In this document: positions 9,859 to 19,322 of the stretch, one piece after another
Numbering within the stretch: position 1 is the first letter of the stretch
How the letters are laid out: every line of letters begins with the position of its first letter
Translations under genes and position numbers: made by a program
Notes under the pieces: generated by a model
What the model was told of the DNA's origin: nothing
The model's input: only the letters and a program-made list of their open reading frames with translations
Databases searched by the model: none
Origin: an uncultured bacterium
GTDB taxonomy: Bacteria > Patescibacteriota > Minisyncoccia > Phycocordibacterales > UBA9973
Direction: 5' to 3'
Assembly: GCA_903838985.1 (NCBI GenBank)
Contig: CAIMAO010000002.1
Span: 1,844-65,843, forward strand
Length of the DNA: 64,000 nucleotides

Positions 9859-12525
9859 TTAATGTGATTTTTCACCACTATCTAATTTTACATCCATTAT
9901 AATTTTATGTGCAGCTTCTTTATCAGCAGCTGGACTGTGTTTAAATGGATGTAACAATGATTGTATTACATAAGTTTTATCACTTGAAATTTTATTTGCA
10001 TAAGCTGTTTTTATTTCTCTGTTTGCCTTTTCTATTTCATGGTGAGCGTCAGGAATATCGACTGTTTCTAAATTGTTTATTGATCTTCCTTTAGTTGTCT
10101 TATTATTTTGTTTTCCTGTACCATCTTTTGTATCGGTGAAATATATTGTTTTTGTCTGGCCTTTTTGCAACGAGGAATCTGTTAGATAGGTTGTTTCAAA
10201 AGAGAGATCTCCATCCTTAATTGCTTTTTTACGTGCCTTTAATTCTGCTACTTTATCATTTGCTTCTTTCTTTGCCATAACCTTGGCAGGATCATCAACA
10301 TCCATTGCCGTAGCAGCAGCCAAAGCAGCGGTCTTTTCAGCTCCATCTGGTAATTTACTTGCATCACTTATTGCTTCTTTCTTTGCTTTAACCAAATCTG
10401 GGTTTGTAGTTTCTTTTGAATTTAAATCAGCAGCGTTTTCTCTTGCTGCCTTGATTTGTTTATCAAGTGAATCAAGATCATGTGAGTAGTTATTAAGAAC
10501 ACCTTGCAGATCCCTTTCTGTATTATTTAGATTTTGTTTCAATGTTGAATTTTCTTTTAGTTCAAGATCTTTTGCTCTCTTTTGTTTCTTTGCAACCTGA
10601 TCAGATTTCATCTTTTCATATCCACCTTCTTTTGCCTTACCGACGTTCTTTAATCCTATGTCAGATAAACCTTTGCCAGCTATTTTTACACCTCTTGCGT
10701 CAAAGCTAGCTTTACTCAAAGTATTGCCAACATTAAGGGCACCAAATTTACCTTGCTTTGCTCTGTTGATTGCCCAGTCTGAACTAGCAATTTTTTCTCC
10801 AACTCTACCAAGTGTTGCTCTTCCCAACATAGCTGTGCCACCCGTAGCTGCACCTAGTGCCAATCCACCAACCATCTTTGCTGCACCCATTACAGCTTTA
10901 CCCATTTCACCAGAATATTCCACTGCAATTTTTTTAGCCTGTTGTAACAACATCATAATTAATACGAAAGGTATTATTATTGTTAGCAGTTGCTCTTTTG
11001 TACTTGTGGTATCGTTGTACGTCACAACGTGACCCAGGAATTCTGTGAAACGTATTATTATGTATAAAAAGAATATAAATATTGGAGCTAAGAATGCATT
11101 TTTTAATAAATTATCCCACCAAGTTTTGTGTCCAAACCCAGGTATTTCAAAAGGTAGAGTGTATGAAACAAAGGCAATAGGTGCAAAAATCATAGAAAGC
11201 CAGAGTGAAATTACTCTTGCAACGAAAAGCACTGCTACTGCAAAGAAAATATAACCAGTATAAAGTGTGACGGCTATAAGTAAAAGTGTAATAAACAAGA
11301 AAAATCCCAACCCTTTTTGTTTGTAAGTTTCCATAGCAATTCTTTGGGGGTTGAATTTTTCAATTATTCCTATTGAGATGGATTTTTGTCCTGCATTACC
11401 AGATGCAGAATCTTTTAAAGTTCCGTCTGCATTTTTAGCAGTTGCGTCTTTTGAAGTTATACTATTGTAAAATACTTTTGCTAGGATGTTTGATCCATCA
11501 ATGATTACTTGTGTGGTAAATAAACTAAAGTTTATAAAAAGAGCAACAATGACAACCACACCCACTAGTTTTTTGTTGTCTGTGACATTTAAGCCAAGTA
11601 TTGTTTTAATTGCTACATAAATAAGTGCAATTATGAAAAATATATTTGCGATATCTCGTATTGATGCCCAACCCTCTTTCACGAAATCATTACTATATGA
11701 AGAGCTGTTAGTTGCATAATATATGAAGAAATCAAGAAAGCCCCCTCCTATTTCAGCAACCCAAGAAGAAGCACTCCAAAGCGAATAAAATACTTGTGCG
11801 ACACAACCTGAAATTTTGGTAATTCCGCAATCAAAACTTTCAACAGCATCATCTCCCGAGGAAGAGGAAGAACTTACTGGGGCAATTGTAGGATCTGTGT
11901 CACTTTTTTTAGGAGTATGAAAGTCCTTTGTTTTAACAACATCTGGATTATTATATCCTCCAAATATTGTCATAGATACTGTATAATCTGTTTCGGGTTC
12001 TAATTGTATTGGCCAATCTAGAGTATTGATGTTAAATTTATTTTCTGGTTTCATCCCATTAAAAGTCCAACCCTTTAATGGAAGAGGCATTTTAGGGTCG
12101 TCTTTTGAAGTCCATTGCAAAGATGCTAAAGGCGTGCTTCCCGCGTCTACATTTTTTTTTCTTATTTCAAATAGAAATGATTTTCTTGTATCTGTTGGGT
12201 AGTCTCGTATATTGTTGTACATTTTATATGTTTGGGGTGCACTTGGAATGATATTTTCTGTTGCTGTTAAGCAGGTATCACACTTTGTGTTGTCTGAATC
12301 TAATATTATCCAAAAATTAAAATTTGCTGATGTCCCATATATTTGATCTACATCGATACGAGAAAGTCTGTCAAACATGTCTTTTGTGTTTACTGCTAGG
12401 GCTTTATTTGATTCTATCTTTACAGCTAGTTGTTTGTTGTTAATTTTAATATTAAATGAAAAAGGAACTACAAAAATAGATATTATAGCTAACAATATTG
12501 AAATTTTTAATAAGTTTTTTTTCAT
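9859..12525 (-). CDS. VirB6/TrbL-like polytopic membrane protein
   Basis: WASIRDIANIFFI, LFINFSL, IFAPIAF and WW motifs; multi-TM core followed by Gly/Ala-rich and coiled-coil tail; in the VirB4/PrgI cluster. Confidence 0.72.
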   Translation of the reverse strand: MKKNLLKISILLAIISIFVVPFSFNIKINNKQLAVKIESNKALAVNTKDMFDRLSRIDVDQIYGTSANFNFWIILDSDNTKCDTCLTATENIIPSAPQTYKMYNNIRDYPTDTRKSFLFEIRKKNVDAGSTPLASLQWTSKDDPKMPLPLKGWTFNGMKPENKFNINTLDWPIQLEPETDYTVSMTIFGGYNNPDVVKTKDFHTPKKSDTDPTIAPVSSSSSSGDDAVESFDCGITKISGCVAQVFYSLWSASSWVAEIGGGFLDFFIYYATNSSSYSNDFVKEGWASIRDIANIFFIIALIYVAIKTILGLNVTDNKKLVGVVVIVALFINFSLFTTQVIIDGSNILAKVFYNSITSKDATAKNADGTLKDSASGNAGQKSISIGIIEKFNPQRIAMETYKQKGLGFFLFITLLLIAVTLYTGYIFFAVAVLFVARVISLWLSMIFAPIAFVSYTLPFEIPGFGHKTWWDNLLKNAFLAPIFIFFLYIIIRFTEFLGHVVTYNDTTSTKEQLLTIIIPFVLIMMLLQQAKKIAVEYSGEMGKAVMGAAKMVGGLALGAATGGTAMLGRATLGRVGEKIASSDWAINRAKQGKFGALNVGNTLSKASFDARGVKIAGKGLSDIGLKNVGKAKEGGYEKMKSDQVAKKQKRAKDLELKENSTLKQNLNNTERDLQGVLNNYSHDLDSLDKQIKAARENAADLNSKETTNPDLVKAKKEAISDASKLPDGAEKTAALAAATAMDVDDPAKVMAKKEANDKVAELKARKKAIKDGDLSFETTYLTDSSLQKGQTKTIYFTDTKDGTGKQNNKTTKGRSINNLETVDIPDAHHEIEKANREIKTAYANKISSDKTYVIQSLLHPFKHSPAADKEAAHKIIMDVKLDSGEKSH

Positions 12526-12550
12526 TTTCTACTTTACAACTCGCCTCGGA

Positions 12551-14140
12551 CTATTTTTTGAAATAATATTCATACGCAGAAGCATTTTTTAAATCTGCAC
12601 TCGTATCTCTGACATCTATTATTTTACCATTAAAATATTCATACACGGTTAATTTATTTCCTGAAAGTTGAAGTTGATAGGCTGCGACATCTGGCTTGCT
12701 GACACGTATTTCTTTTCCTTTGCTATTAACATAACCGAAATCTCTTGCGAAAGTATCTGCTAAACCCCAAGCAAAATTTTGTAAATTATCTCCTTCTCCA
12801 TATCCATACAATTTTGCAAAGGCTGTGTCTGCTGTTATTTGTCTTACGAAAACTGTTTCAATACCTTCGTGATAATGCACTACTGCATCTCCCGGTGGTG
12901 TGATGGTTTGTCCTAGTTTTAATGGCGTAGTGTCTATTATGCCTGTGCTTGTGTTTGTGTTTCCATTGTTGTTATTTCCATAATTATTTCCATTGAAATT
13001 GTTCTGATTATTTATATTATTTTGATTGTCACTATTACCATTGTTATTATTCTGATTATTATTCTCATTGTTTCCATTGTTGTTGTCTCCGGTGGTATCA
13101 CTACTTCCATCATTTCCACCTCCTAAAGTTTCGTTATAGTTTGTTGTGAAATCTAAAGCAGAACCAGTGAAAATAGTTTCATTACTTTTTCCTAAATTAT
13201 TTTTTGCTACAGCCCTGAATTGATATATTGTCTTTGGATTTAAACCAGATAAATTAAAACTAATATTGCCATAAAGATTAGAAAATTTTCCTATGTCATA
13301 AGTTGTTTTACCCACTTCTTTCCAAACGGTTGGTGCGGTAGTTGTGTTTTCAGCTTCTTTGTATTCAAAAGAGGTTGTGACAGTTTTAGTGGAGCAATAA
13401 TTACCAGTTATTTTAGCAGAATCGGAAGTTATCATGGTTGATCCACTTGTGTTGACTGTGGTGGTGTAGCAATCAGTATGAAATTTCTTGATTATACTGG
13501 TTCCCCCATATGCTATGCCTTCCTTGTTTGATATTATTGCACAATAATAGTAAGTAGTGTTTGGAGAAAGTCCAGTTATTTTTTGAGAAAAAGTTTGTGA
13601 TAATGTGCTAGAGTTTATTTTTGTTAATTTTAGATCTCCTGTTGAACCCATATTTGTGCCATAAATATCATTACAATATATTGGAGAAATATCTGCTTTT
13701 GAGTATCTGAAATATGCAGTGAGTGGAGATAATGTTGAACTCGAAGTTTTGTAGCCCCCTACACCATTTAATGTTGCACTAGTTTCACCCAAGTTTGTAG
13801 CCTCATTTGTTTGAACAAAAAAATTTTCTTTTGCTGAGGTGGCAGTGTCTTTTATATAGCAAGATTTGAGCACATAAGGTGCTGGATCTCCGCCAAACAT
13901 GTTGTTGTTGCAGTCTATGCCACCGGCTATATTGTATTGATACTTGAAGACATTGTTAGCACCATAAGCGACATCTTTTGATCCAGCAAAACTGCAATGA
14001 ACACCTTCAGTTGAGCAAAGAGTGTAGCCATTTGGTAAATTTGGACTAGTTGAATAATATGACCAAGAAATAAGTGGTATCAAGAATAAAGCTGTTATTA
14101 ATATTTTTATTGTATTCTTTTGCATTTTAATAAACTCCAA
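12551..14140 (-). CDS. Secreted protein with a Cys-containing lectin-like module, two FN3-like domains and an Asn-rich linker
   Basis: CSTEG.HC.F.G...VAYGA...CNN.MFGGDP...KSC; TGLSPNTTYYY and SGLNPKTIYQFRA FN3 motifs; start may be MQKNT. Confidence 0.7.
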   Translation of the reverse strand: MEFIKMQKNTIKILITALFLIPLISWSYYSTSPNLPNGYTLCSTEGVHCSFAGSKDVAYGANNVFKYQYNIAGGIDCNNNMFGGDPAPYVLKSCYIKDTATSAKENFFVQTNEATNLGETSATLNGVGGYKTSSSTLSPLTAYFRYSKADISPIYCNDIYGTNMGSTGDLKLTKINSSTLSQTFSQKITGLSPNTTYYYCAIISNKEGIAYGGTSIIKKFHTDCYTTTVNTSGSTMITSDSAKITGNYCSTKTVTTSFEYKEAENTTTAPTVWKEVGKTTYDIGKFSNLYGNISFNLSGLNPKTIYQFRAVAKNNLGKSNETIFTGSALDFTTNYNETLGGGNDGSSDTTGDNNNGNNENNNQNNNNGNSDNQNNINNQNNFNGNNYGNNNNGNTNTSTGIIDTTPLKLGQTITPPGDAVVHYHEGIETVFVRQITADTAFAKLYGYGEGDNLQNFAWGLADTFARDFGYVNSKGKEIRVSKPDVAAYQLQLSGNKLTVYEYFNGKIIDVRDTSADLKNASAYEYYFKK

Positions 14141-17024
14141 TCATTGATTCAAACGGTCCACCACGTGCGTCACCATCTGTTTTTCTACTTCCTACTGATA
14201 TATATCTATACTTTGAATCAGATTTTACACCAAATATATCTTCTGCAAATTTTAATCTCTCTTGTCCACGAACTTCTATGTAGTCAAGACCACTTACATG
14301 TCCAGCAGAGAAAAATACAAAACTTAAGAAACCAGGGCCAAATACATCATATTCATTTTTAGGTGTTGTGTTTTTATCCCCACTGTTCCATGGATCTGGC
14401 AGCATGGAACCCTCTTTTGTATATTTTTCATTGTTGTAATCATAAAGTATAGAAAAAGGATAAGTCATTCTTTTGACAGAGTTTATGTTGTAGTTTTTCC
14501 AATCTCTTCCTGACACAGCCGTACCAGCTGAGGGGAAATTTTTTATGTTGTCTGGATTTTGTAAAAATGCTTCACAGCCAGATGGACCTTTTAATAGTGT
14601 TTTATATACATAATCTTTTTTATCTATGATTTGTTTCGTCAAACTATCAACACTGGCTATGTCATCTCCATTCACCATTTCAGCAGAAATATTTCCAAAT
14701 TTATTTATTTGTGTTTTTAGTGCAGTTTCATAATCATCTCCACCATTTGAATATGTTTCATTTAAATCATCAACAGATTTTTTTATGTCGCTTAACGTAT
14801 TTATTACATTTTTTAATGAAGAAATTTTATTTTGATTGTCTACTATCATTTGAGCATAACCAGGTAACTGGTTGTAATCTGTGATAGCTTCAGTAGTGAC
14901 TGACGGAAGAATACCTGGGCCTGAAAAATATGTCTTATTGATTATTTCTGCATATCTACTTAGAATTGTGTTCATGCCATTAACAAATCCACCATAACTT
15001 TCTGTATTTATAGCTGTTGAGTCATTTCCATTTTCATAGTCTGGCATCACTCCAGTAAACACATAAACTGCTGTTGCATAATATCCTCTAAGTTTTTCAG
15101 AATCATCAGGGCTATTAATAAGACTTGCAATATAACCTACTGCAACTCCGACAACTGCTCCGATTATTGTACCAACAACAGGAACAGCTGAACCTACAGC
15201 TGCACCTGTTGCCGCCGCTGTCCCTACTCCAAGCAAAGCAGCAACAGGCGCAGCAAGAGTCAATCCTGCAATCGCACCAGCAGCCATTGGCGCGATAGAT
15301 GTTATGGTGCCTAAGATAGCATCCATGTTTTTGTCTTTTAAGTCTTCTTTTGTTTCTGGGACAACTTTATTTAATGCTGCACTTAATACTTTTTGAGAAT
15401 CACCTTCCCATCCTGGATGTGGTCCTGGGATACAGTAATCTAGTTGATATATTGCGGGGATAAGTCCGTAGGCGTTAGATATTCCTGTTTTATCATCAAG
15501 TTTATAATTATTGCCGTCCGTTGTAGACATTAATTCTTTATTTTGTTGTGTAAGTTTGTCAGAATATGTTCTTTGTTCATCTATTAAAGCTTGGGTAAGG
15601 TCTGTACGAATATTAAAATCTGGATTTACAGAAAGCCAAGATGTTGTGAGTTGGGCTGGGGAGAAGTCTTGCTCTGTTTGGGTTCTGATTGTGTTGTTGT
15701 TTAAGGTGTCTGAGCTAGAGCCAGTTAAATCATCAGTGTTAATTTCAGAGAACCCCTTTTCCATAAGGCTGGAAGAGAATTGAGCCAGAAGAGCATTTGT
15801 GACTGCTTCTATTGCGTCATTTAGATCTTGGGCGCTTAACAGAGAATCTTTTGTGGTTGTCATTGTGCTTGTAGCTGCATCAGCTATCATTGATCCAGGT
15901 GTGACGTATTTCCATTGTTTGCAAAGTCTATATATATACATATATGGAAGATATGCTTCTCCAGTTTTTTCATTATAAGTAGCTTCACTACCTCCAGTAT
16001 TAGGATGGTTGCTTCTTTCTGTTAATGCTTTTTGGTTTTCTTCTTTTGTGACACCTTGTGGATCAACACAACGTTGATCTCCAAGAAAACCATTTGCTTG
16101 TGATAATGCATCATGATATTTGTCTGCGGTTGATTGGACTGTTCCTTGTAGTCTCTTTTGTAGTTCATTATCTGCCATTAATTTAAAACCGAGAGGATTG
16201 TTTGCTGGGCTCTGTGTCATAGCTGTCCAAGCGTCCCACCCACCTTGGCTGAAATCTTGTTGGAAGGTTGATGCAGAATATTCAGGATTAGTATCCTGTA
16301 TTAGTTTATCTAGAGAATAGGTAGCATTATCTTGGAATTTACTATTGAAAGCATTAGCTGTATTTTTTAGCCATTCTTTACCGAAAGGAGAACCAGAAGC
16401 TGTTATTTCTGTGCCAAACTGTAGCACTTCATTTTTAGCTATATCACCAAAGAATTTTGTAGGGTCTTGGATAAAAGCAGGGCTACCATTAAAGCCACTC
16501 TTTATCCAATTTACAGTGCTTACAGTAATTTTTTGTAAAAGCATTTTTGTCACGATACGTCCTATGGCTGCGGTGCAGGTAGAGTTGTCTTTGAGAGCAG
16601 AAATATCTTTTTTTGTATCTTGTGCTAACTTTTTTGTATCTCTTATGTTATCTGCCGCCGCTGTTCCTTCTATGTTAACATTGACAGAATCACTTAGACT
16701 AGTGTTGTTTTTTATAATGTCTTCGACTTTAGGGGTAATTGAATCTATTAAGTATTCAGTTCCTGCTGCTAACCCCCCTGATAGAATCATAGTTTTTGCA
16801 TTTCCCCCTTGTATTGCGTTACCAAGTGCTGCTACTGTTCCAGTGAATAATAATTTTGTGGTTAAGCTCGTGTCTCTACATTGAGGTAAAGAAGAAATAG
16901 AAAATGAATGACCCGAGATACTTTGAGCTTCTGCCTTTTTGGGTATAAAACCAAGAGGCATAGAAATAGTACTGACAATCAATATGAATGAAATTATAGA
17001 ATTTTTTAAATATTTCTTTTGCAT
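14127..17024 (-). CDS. Large secreted/membrane hypothetical protein of the secretion cluster
   Basis: 965-aa ORF; signal peptide ending KKAEA; VNWIKSGFNGSPAFIQDP; glycine-zipper-like AVGSAVPVVGTIIGAVVG segment. Confidence 0.7.
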   Translation of the reverse strand: MQKKYLKNSIISFILIVSTISMPLGFIPKKAEAQSISGHSFSISSLPQCRDTSLTTKLLFTGTVAALGNAIQGGNAKTMILSGGLAAGTEYLIDSITPKVEDIIKNNTSLSDSVNVNIEGTAAADNIRDTKKLAQDTKKDISALKDNSTCTAAIGRIVTKMLLQKITVSTVNWIKSGFNGSPAFIQDPTKFFGDIAKNEVLQFGTEITASGSPFGKEWLKNTANAFNSKFQDNATYSLDKLIQDTNPEYSASTFQQDFSQGGWDAWTAMTQSPANNPLGFKLMADNELQKRLQGTVQSTADKYHDALSQANGFLGDQRCVDPQGVTKEENQKALTERSNHPNTGGSEATYNEKTGEAYLPYMYIYRLCKQWKYVTPGSMIADAATSTMTTTKDSLLSAQDLNDAIEAVTNALLAQFSSSLMEKGFSEINTDDLTGSSSDTLNNNTIRTQTEQDFSPAQLTTSWLSVNPDFNIRTDLTQALIDEQRTYSDKLTQQNKELMSTTDGNNYKLDDKTGISNAYGLIPAIYQLDYCIPGPHPGWEGDSQKVLSAALNKVVPETKEDLKDKNMDAILGTITSIAPMAAGAIAGLTLAAPVAALLGVGTAAATGAAVGSAVPVVGTIIGAVVGVAVGYIASLINSPDDSEKLRGYYATAVYVFTGVMPDYENGNDSTAINTESYGGFVNGMNTILSRYAEIINKTYFSGPGILPSVTTEAITDYNQLPGYAQMIVDNQNKISSLKNVINTLSDIKKSVDDLNETYSNGGDDYETALKTQINKFGNISAEMVNGDDIASVDSLTKQIIDKKDYVYKTLLKGPSGCEAFLQNPDNIKNFPSAGTAVSGRDWKNYNINSVKRMTYPFSILYDYNNEKYTKEGSMLPDPWNSGDKNTTPKNEYDVFGPGFLSFVFFSAGHVSGLDYIEVRGQERLKFAEDIFGVKSDSKYRYISVGSRKTDGDARGGPFESMIGVY

Positions 17025-17069
17025 TTTACTTTAAGAACTTTAAAACTTTTTTACTCTTGTATTATATCA

Positions 17070-17999
17070 CTATTTTGTTAAAGCTGTCTCTAAATCTCCC
17101 ACTGCTGCTACTAAGTCATTACTATATTTTTGATATTGAGAAATACCAGAGAGTCCTACGACAGGATCATCCATAACTTTTTCCATATTTGAAACGCTTA
17201 TGCCTGTGTTGTTGGAACTATTTGCTATCCGTAAATGATAATCTGCCAATCCTTCTGGGACTTTAACATCTGTAATTATTTTTTTAGCAAAATCTTGATA
17301 TGCATTCGCTATAGCTATTAATTTAGCTGAAGAATTAGGATTATTTGCAGAATCTAAAGTAATTTTGTTACTGATGATATCCAACTCGTCTCCTATCCCA
17401 GCTGTTTGATAAGTTTTGAATATTTTTTTTATAGTATTGTAATATGCTTGTCTAGAAACAGCAGTGTCATTGTTGTCTAACTTTATATCTGAAGCTGTGT
17501 AACGATCAAGTAAGTTTGGGTTTGCTACTTTTTCACCCAAGGCACTTGAAAAACTATTTATGGCATTTTTGTCAACTTGTCCAGAAGATTTCATTGCACT
17601 GTAACTGACGAAGAACTCTCTAGCAAACTTGTCAGTTTCTGTCAGATTTTTATCATTTGCTGTTACACTTTCGTCTATATTTAATTCTTTCTTTCTGTTT
17701 TCTATATAGGTGGCATCAGGTGTATTGTTGAAAGTTATTTTTTTGTTTTTGTCTGTTCCCCAGAGGTCTTCTTCCCAATCAGGTATGCCGTCTCCATCAG
17801 AATCTTTTTGAATTAAGTCTGTGACAGATTGATTTGCTACTTTTAATGGAACAAGATTTTTTTTATTTGTTGTACTAAATATTTCTCCCCCTGAAGACAT
17901 AAAAAATATGACAAATATAATTACTCCCAAAACAACAAGAACGCTTAAGATTATTAAGAATTTTTTTGTTGGTAAATATTTTGAATATTTTTCTTTCAT
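17070..17999 (-). CDS. Membrane-anchored hypothetical protein with a DxDxDG Ca-binding-like motif
   Basis: N-terminal TM; DSDGDGIPDWEE.LWGTD. Confidence 0.7.
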   Translation of the reverse strand: MKEKYSKYLPTKKFLIILSVLVVLGVIIFVIFFMSSGGEIFSTTNKKNLVPLKVANQSVTDLIQKDSDGDGIPDWEEDLWGTDKNKKITFNNTPDATYIENRKKELNIDESVTANDKNLTETDKFAREFFVSYSAMKSSGQVDKNAINSFSSALGEKVANPNLLDRYTASDIKLDNNDTAVSRQAYYNTIKKIFKTYQTAGIGDELDIISNKITLDSANNPNSSAKLIAIANAYQDFAKKIITDVKVPEGLADYHLRIANSSNNTGISVSNMEKVMDDPVVGLSGISQYQKYSNDLVAAVGDLETALTK

Positions 18000-18011
18000 G
18001 ATTTTATATTT

Positions 18012-18410
18012 TTATTTTGAAGTTCCAAAAAGGGTTATTGTATTTAGGGAAACAGTAGCATAAGTAGGTGGGTTCCCTGGACGAACACAGTTTATAATTG
18101 TTCTTCCGGTGTATTTACCTAAAATTGATTTACCTGTTGTTGGAGTAGTTCTTGTTTTTGATACTACCGCCCAAGGTATAAAATAACTAGTTGGTGTTCC
18201 GGTAGGAGAACCCAAAGGGATTATTGTGATAGATTTACCTAAAACAGTACATTTGTATCCAGCCCATTCTTTTATTTCTATTTCCATTGCTTTGTCACTA
18301 ATTATTTTTCCACCAAAAAAGCCTCCGATAGAAGAAGCAGCAAAAACTATTCTAGTACCAACAAATACCAAAAAAATAATTAGCAGAATAAAAATTGTGC
18401 CTTTTTTCAC
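18012..18410 (-). CDS. Small secreted hypothetical protein
   Basis: 132-aa ORF, signal peptide, two Cys, C-terminal FGTS. Confidence 0.6.
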   Translation of the reverse strand: MKKGTIFILLIIFLVFVGTRIVFAASSIGGFFGGKIISDKAMEIEIKEWAGYKCTVLGKSITIIPLGSPTGTPTSYFIPWAVVSKTRTTPTTGKSILGKYTGRTIINCVRPGNPPTYATVSLNTITLFGTSK

Positions 18411-18445
18411 ACATATATTATATCAATATTAAAAAATAGATGCCA

Positions 18446-19318
18446 CTATTTTTTGTGAATATTTATGTTTTTAGAAATATTTATCCAATCTATAAGCGAA
18501 AGTTCCTCTGCTCTTTTGTTTCCTAATGTTTTTATAAGATTTTCATCTATGTAATTTGAGTTTTTAATTAGATTTTTTAGGTTTGAAGAGAGTTTTTTAC
18601 GTTTATGAGCAAAACCAGCACGGACCACTTCCCAAAAAAAGTCTTCATTTGCGTTGTTTTCTATGAAAGTTCTCCTAGAAATATTTTTTATTGCAATTAC
18701 TGCTGAATCTACAGCCGGTTCTGGTGAAAAATATCGTGATGGCACTTTTGTTATTAGTTTTGGTTCCCCATAGGCTTTTATTGAGATTGAAAGAATACTC
18801 TCCTTCCCATTACGTGCCACTATTCTTTTGGCTACTTCGTGTTGCACCATTAGAATCATCATTTCTGGCTGATTTTTTTCTGTTAAAAACTTTTTAAAAA
18901 TTGCACCAGTAATGTTGTATGGAATGTTTGCAATTATTTTATAATCAAAATCTGGATAGCCCTTTCTATTTTGAGCTTCCCGAGGGTCCCACCCGGTAAT
19001 CCGAGAAGGGCGCAGGGACGAAAAATTGGAAGAGATATCCAGATTTAAAATATCTTCTTCAAGCAAAATTAATTTTTTTTCAGTAATTTCTTTTGCAAAT
19101 TTTTCTTGAAGGAACTGAAATAAATTTTTATCTTTTTCAATCGCTATTATACAATTACTTTTTTCTAAAAGTTTTTCTGTTAATGCTCCCTTTCCTGGAC
19201 CAATTTCTAAAATAATATCGTCGGGTGATATTTCTCCGGCTTCAACAATTTTTTTAATCACTAAGTTTGATTTTAAAAAATTTTGGCCCAATGATTTTTT
19301 TGCTTTATGTATTTGCAT
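18446..19318 (-). CDS. rsmA: 16S rRNA adenine dimethyltransferase RsmA/KsgA, carrying an in-frame hairpin insertion
   Basis: KKSLGQNFL, LEIGPGKG, ANIPYNIT, FSPEPAVDS motifs. Confidence 0.95.
   Translation of the reverse strand: MQIHKAKKSLGQNFLKSNLVIKKIVEAGEISPDDIILEIGPGKGALTEKLLEKSNCIIAIEKDKNLFQFLQEKFAKEITEKKLILLEEDILNLDISSNFSSLRPSRITGWDPREAQNRKGYPDFDYKIIANIPYNITGAIFKKFLTEKNQPEMMILMVQHEVAKRIVARNGKESILSISIKAYGEPKLITKVPSRYFSPEPAVDSAVIAIKNISRRTFIENNANEDFFWEVVRAGFAHKRKKLSSNLKNLIKNSNYIDENLIKTLGNKRAEELSLIDWINISKNINIHKK
18948..19046 (-). repeat. Hairpin element, family B, inside rsmA
   Basis: Minus-strand core cgtccctgcgcccttctcggattaccgggtgggaccctcgggaagc matches the intergenic copies at 29425 and 56270; outer arms aaatctggata/tatccagattt, degenerate further in. 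Confidence 0.88.
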
Positions 19319-19322
19319 TTTT

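Noticed and set aside
12955-13090. Trinucleotide-like low-complexity tract
   Set aside because: Explained by the poly-Asn linker of the 12551-14140 protein.
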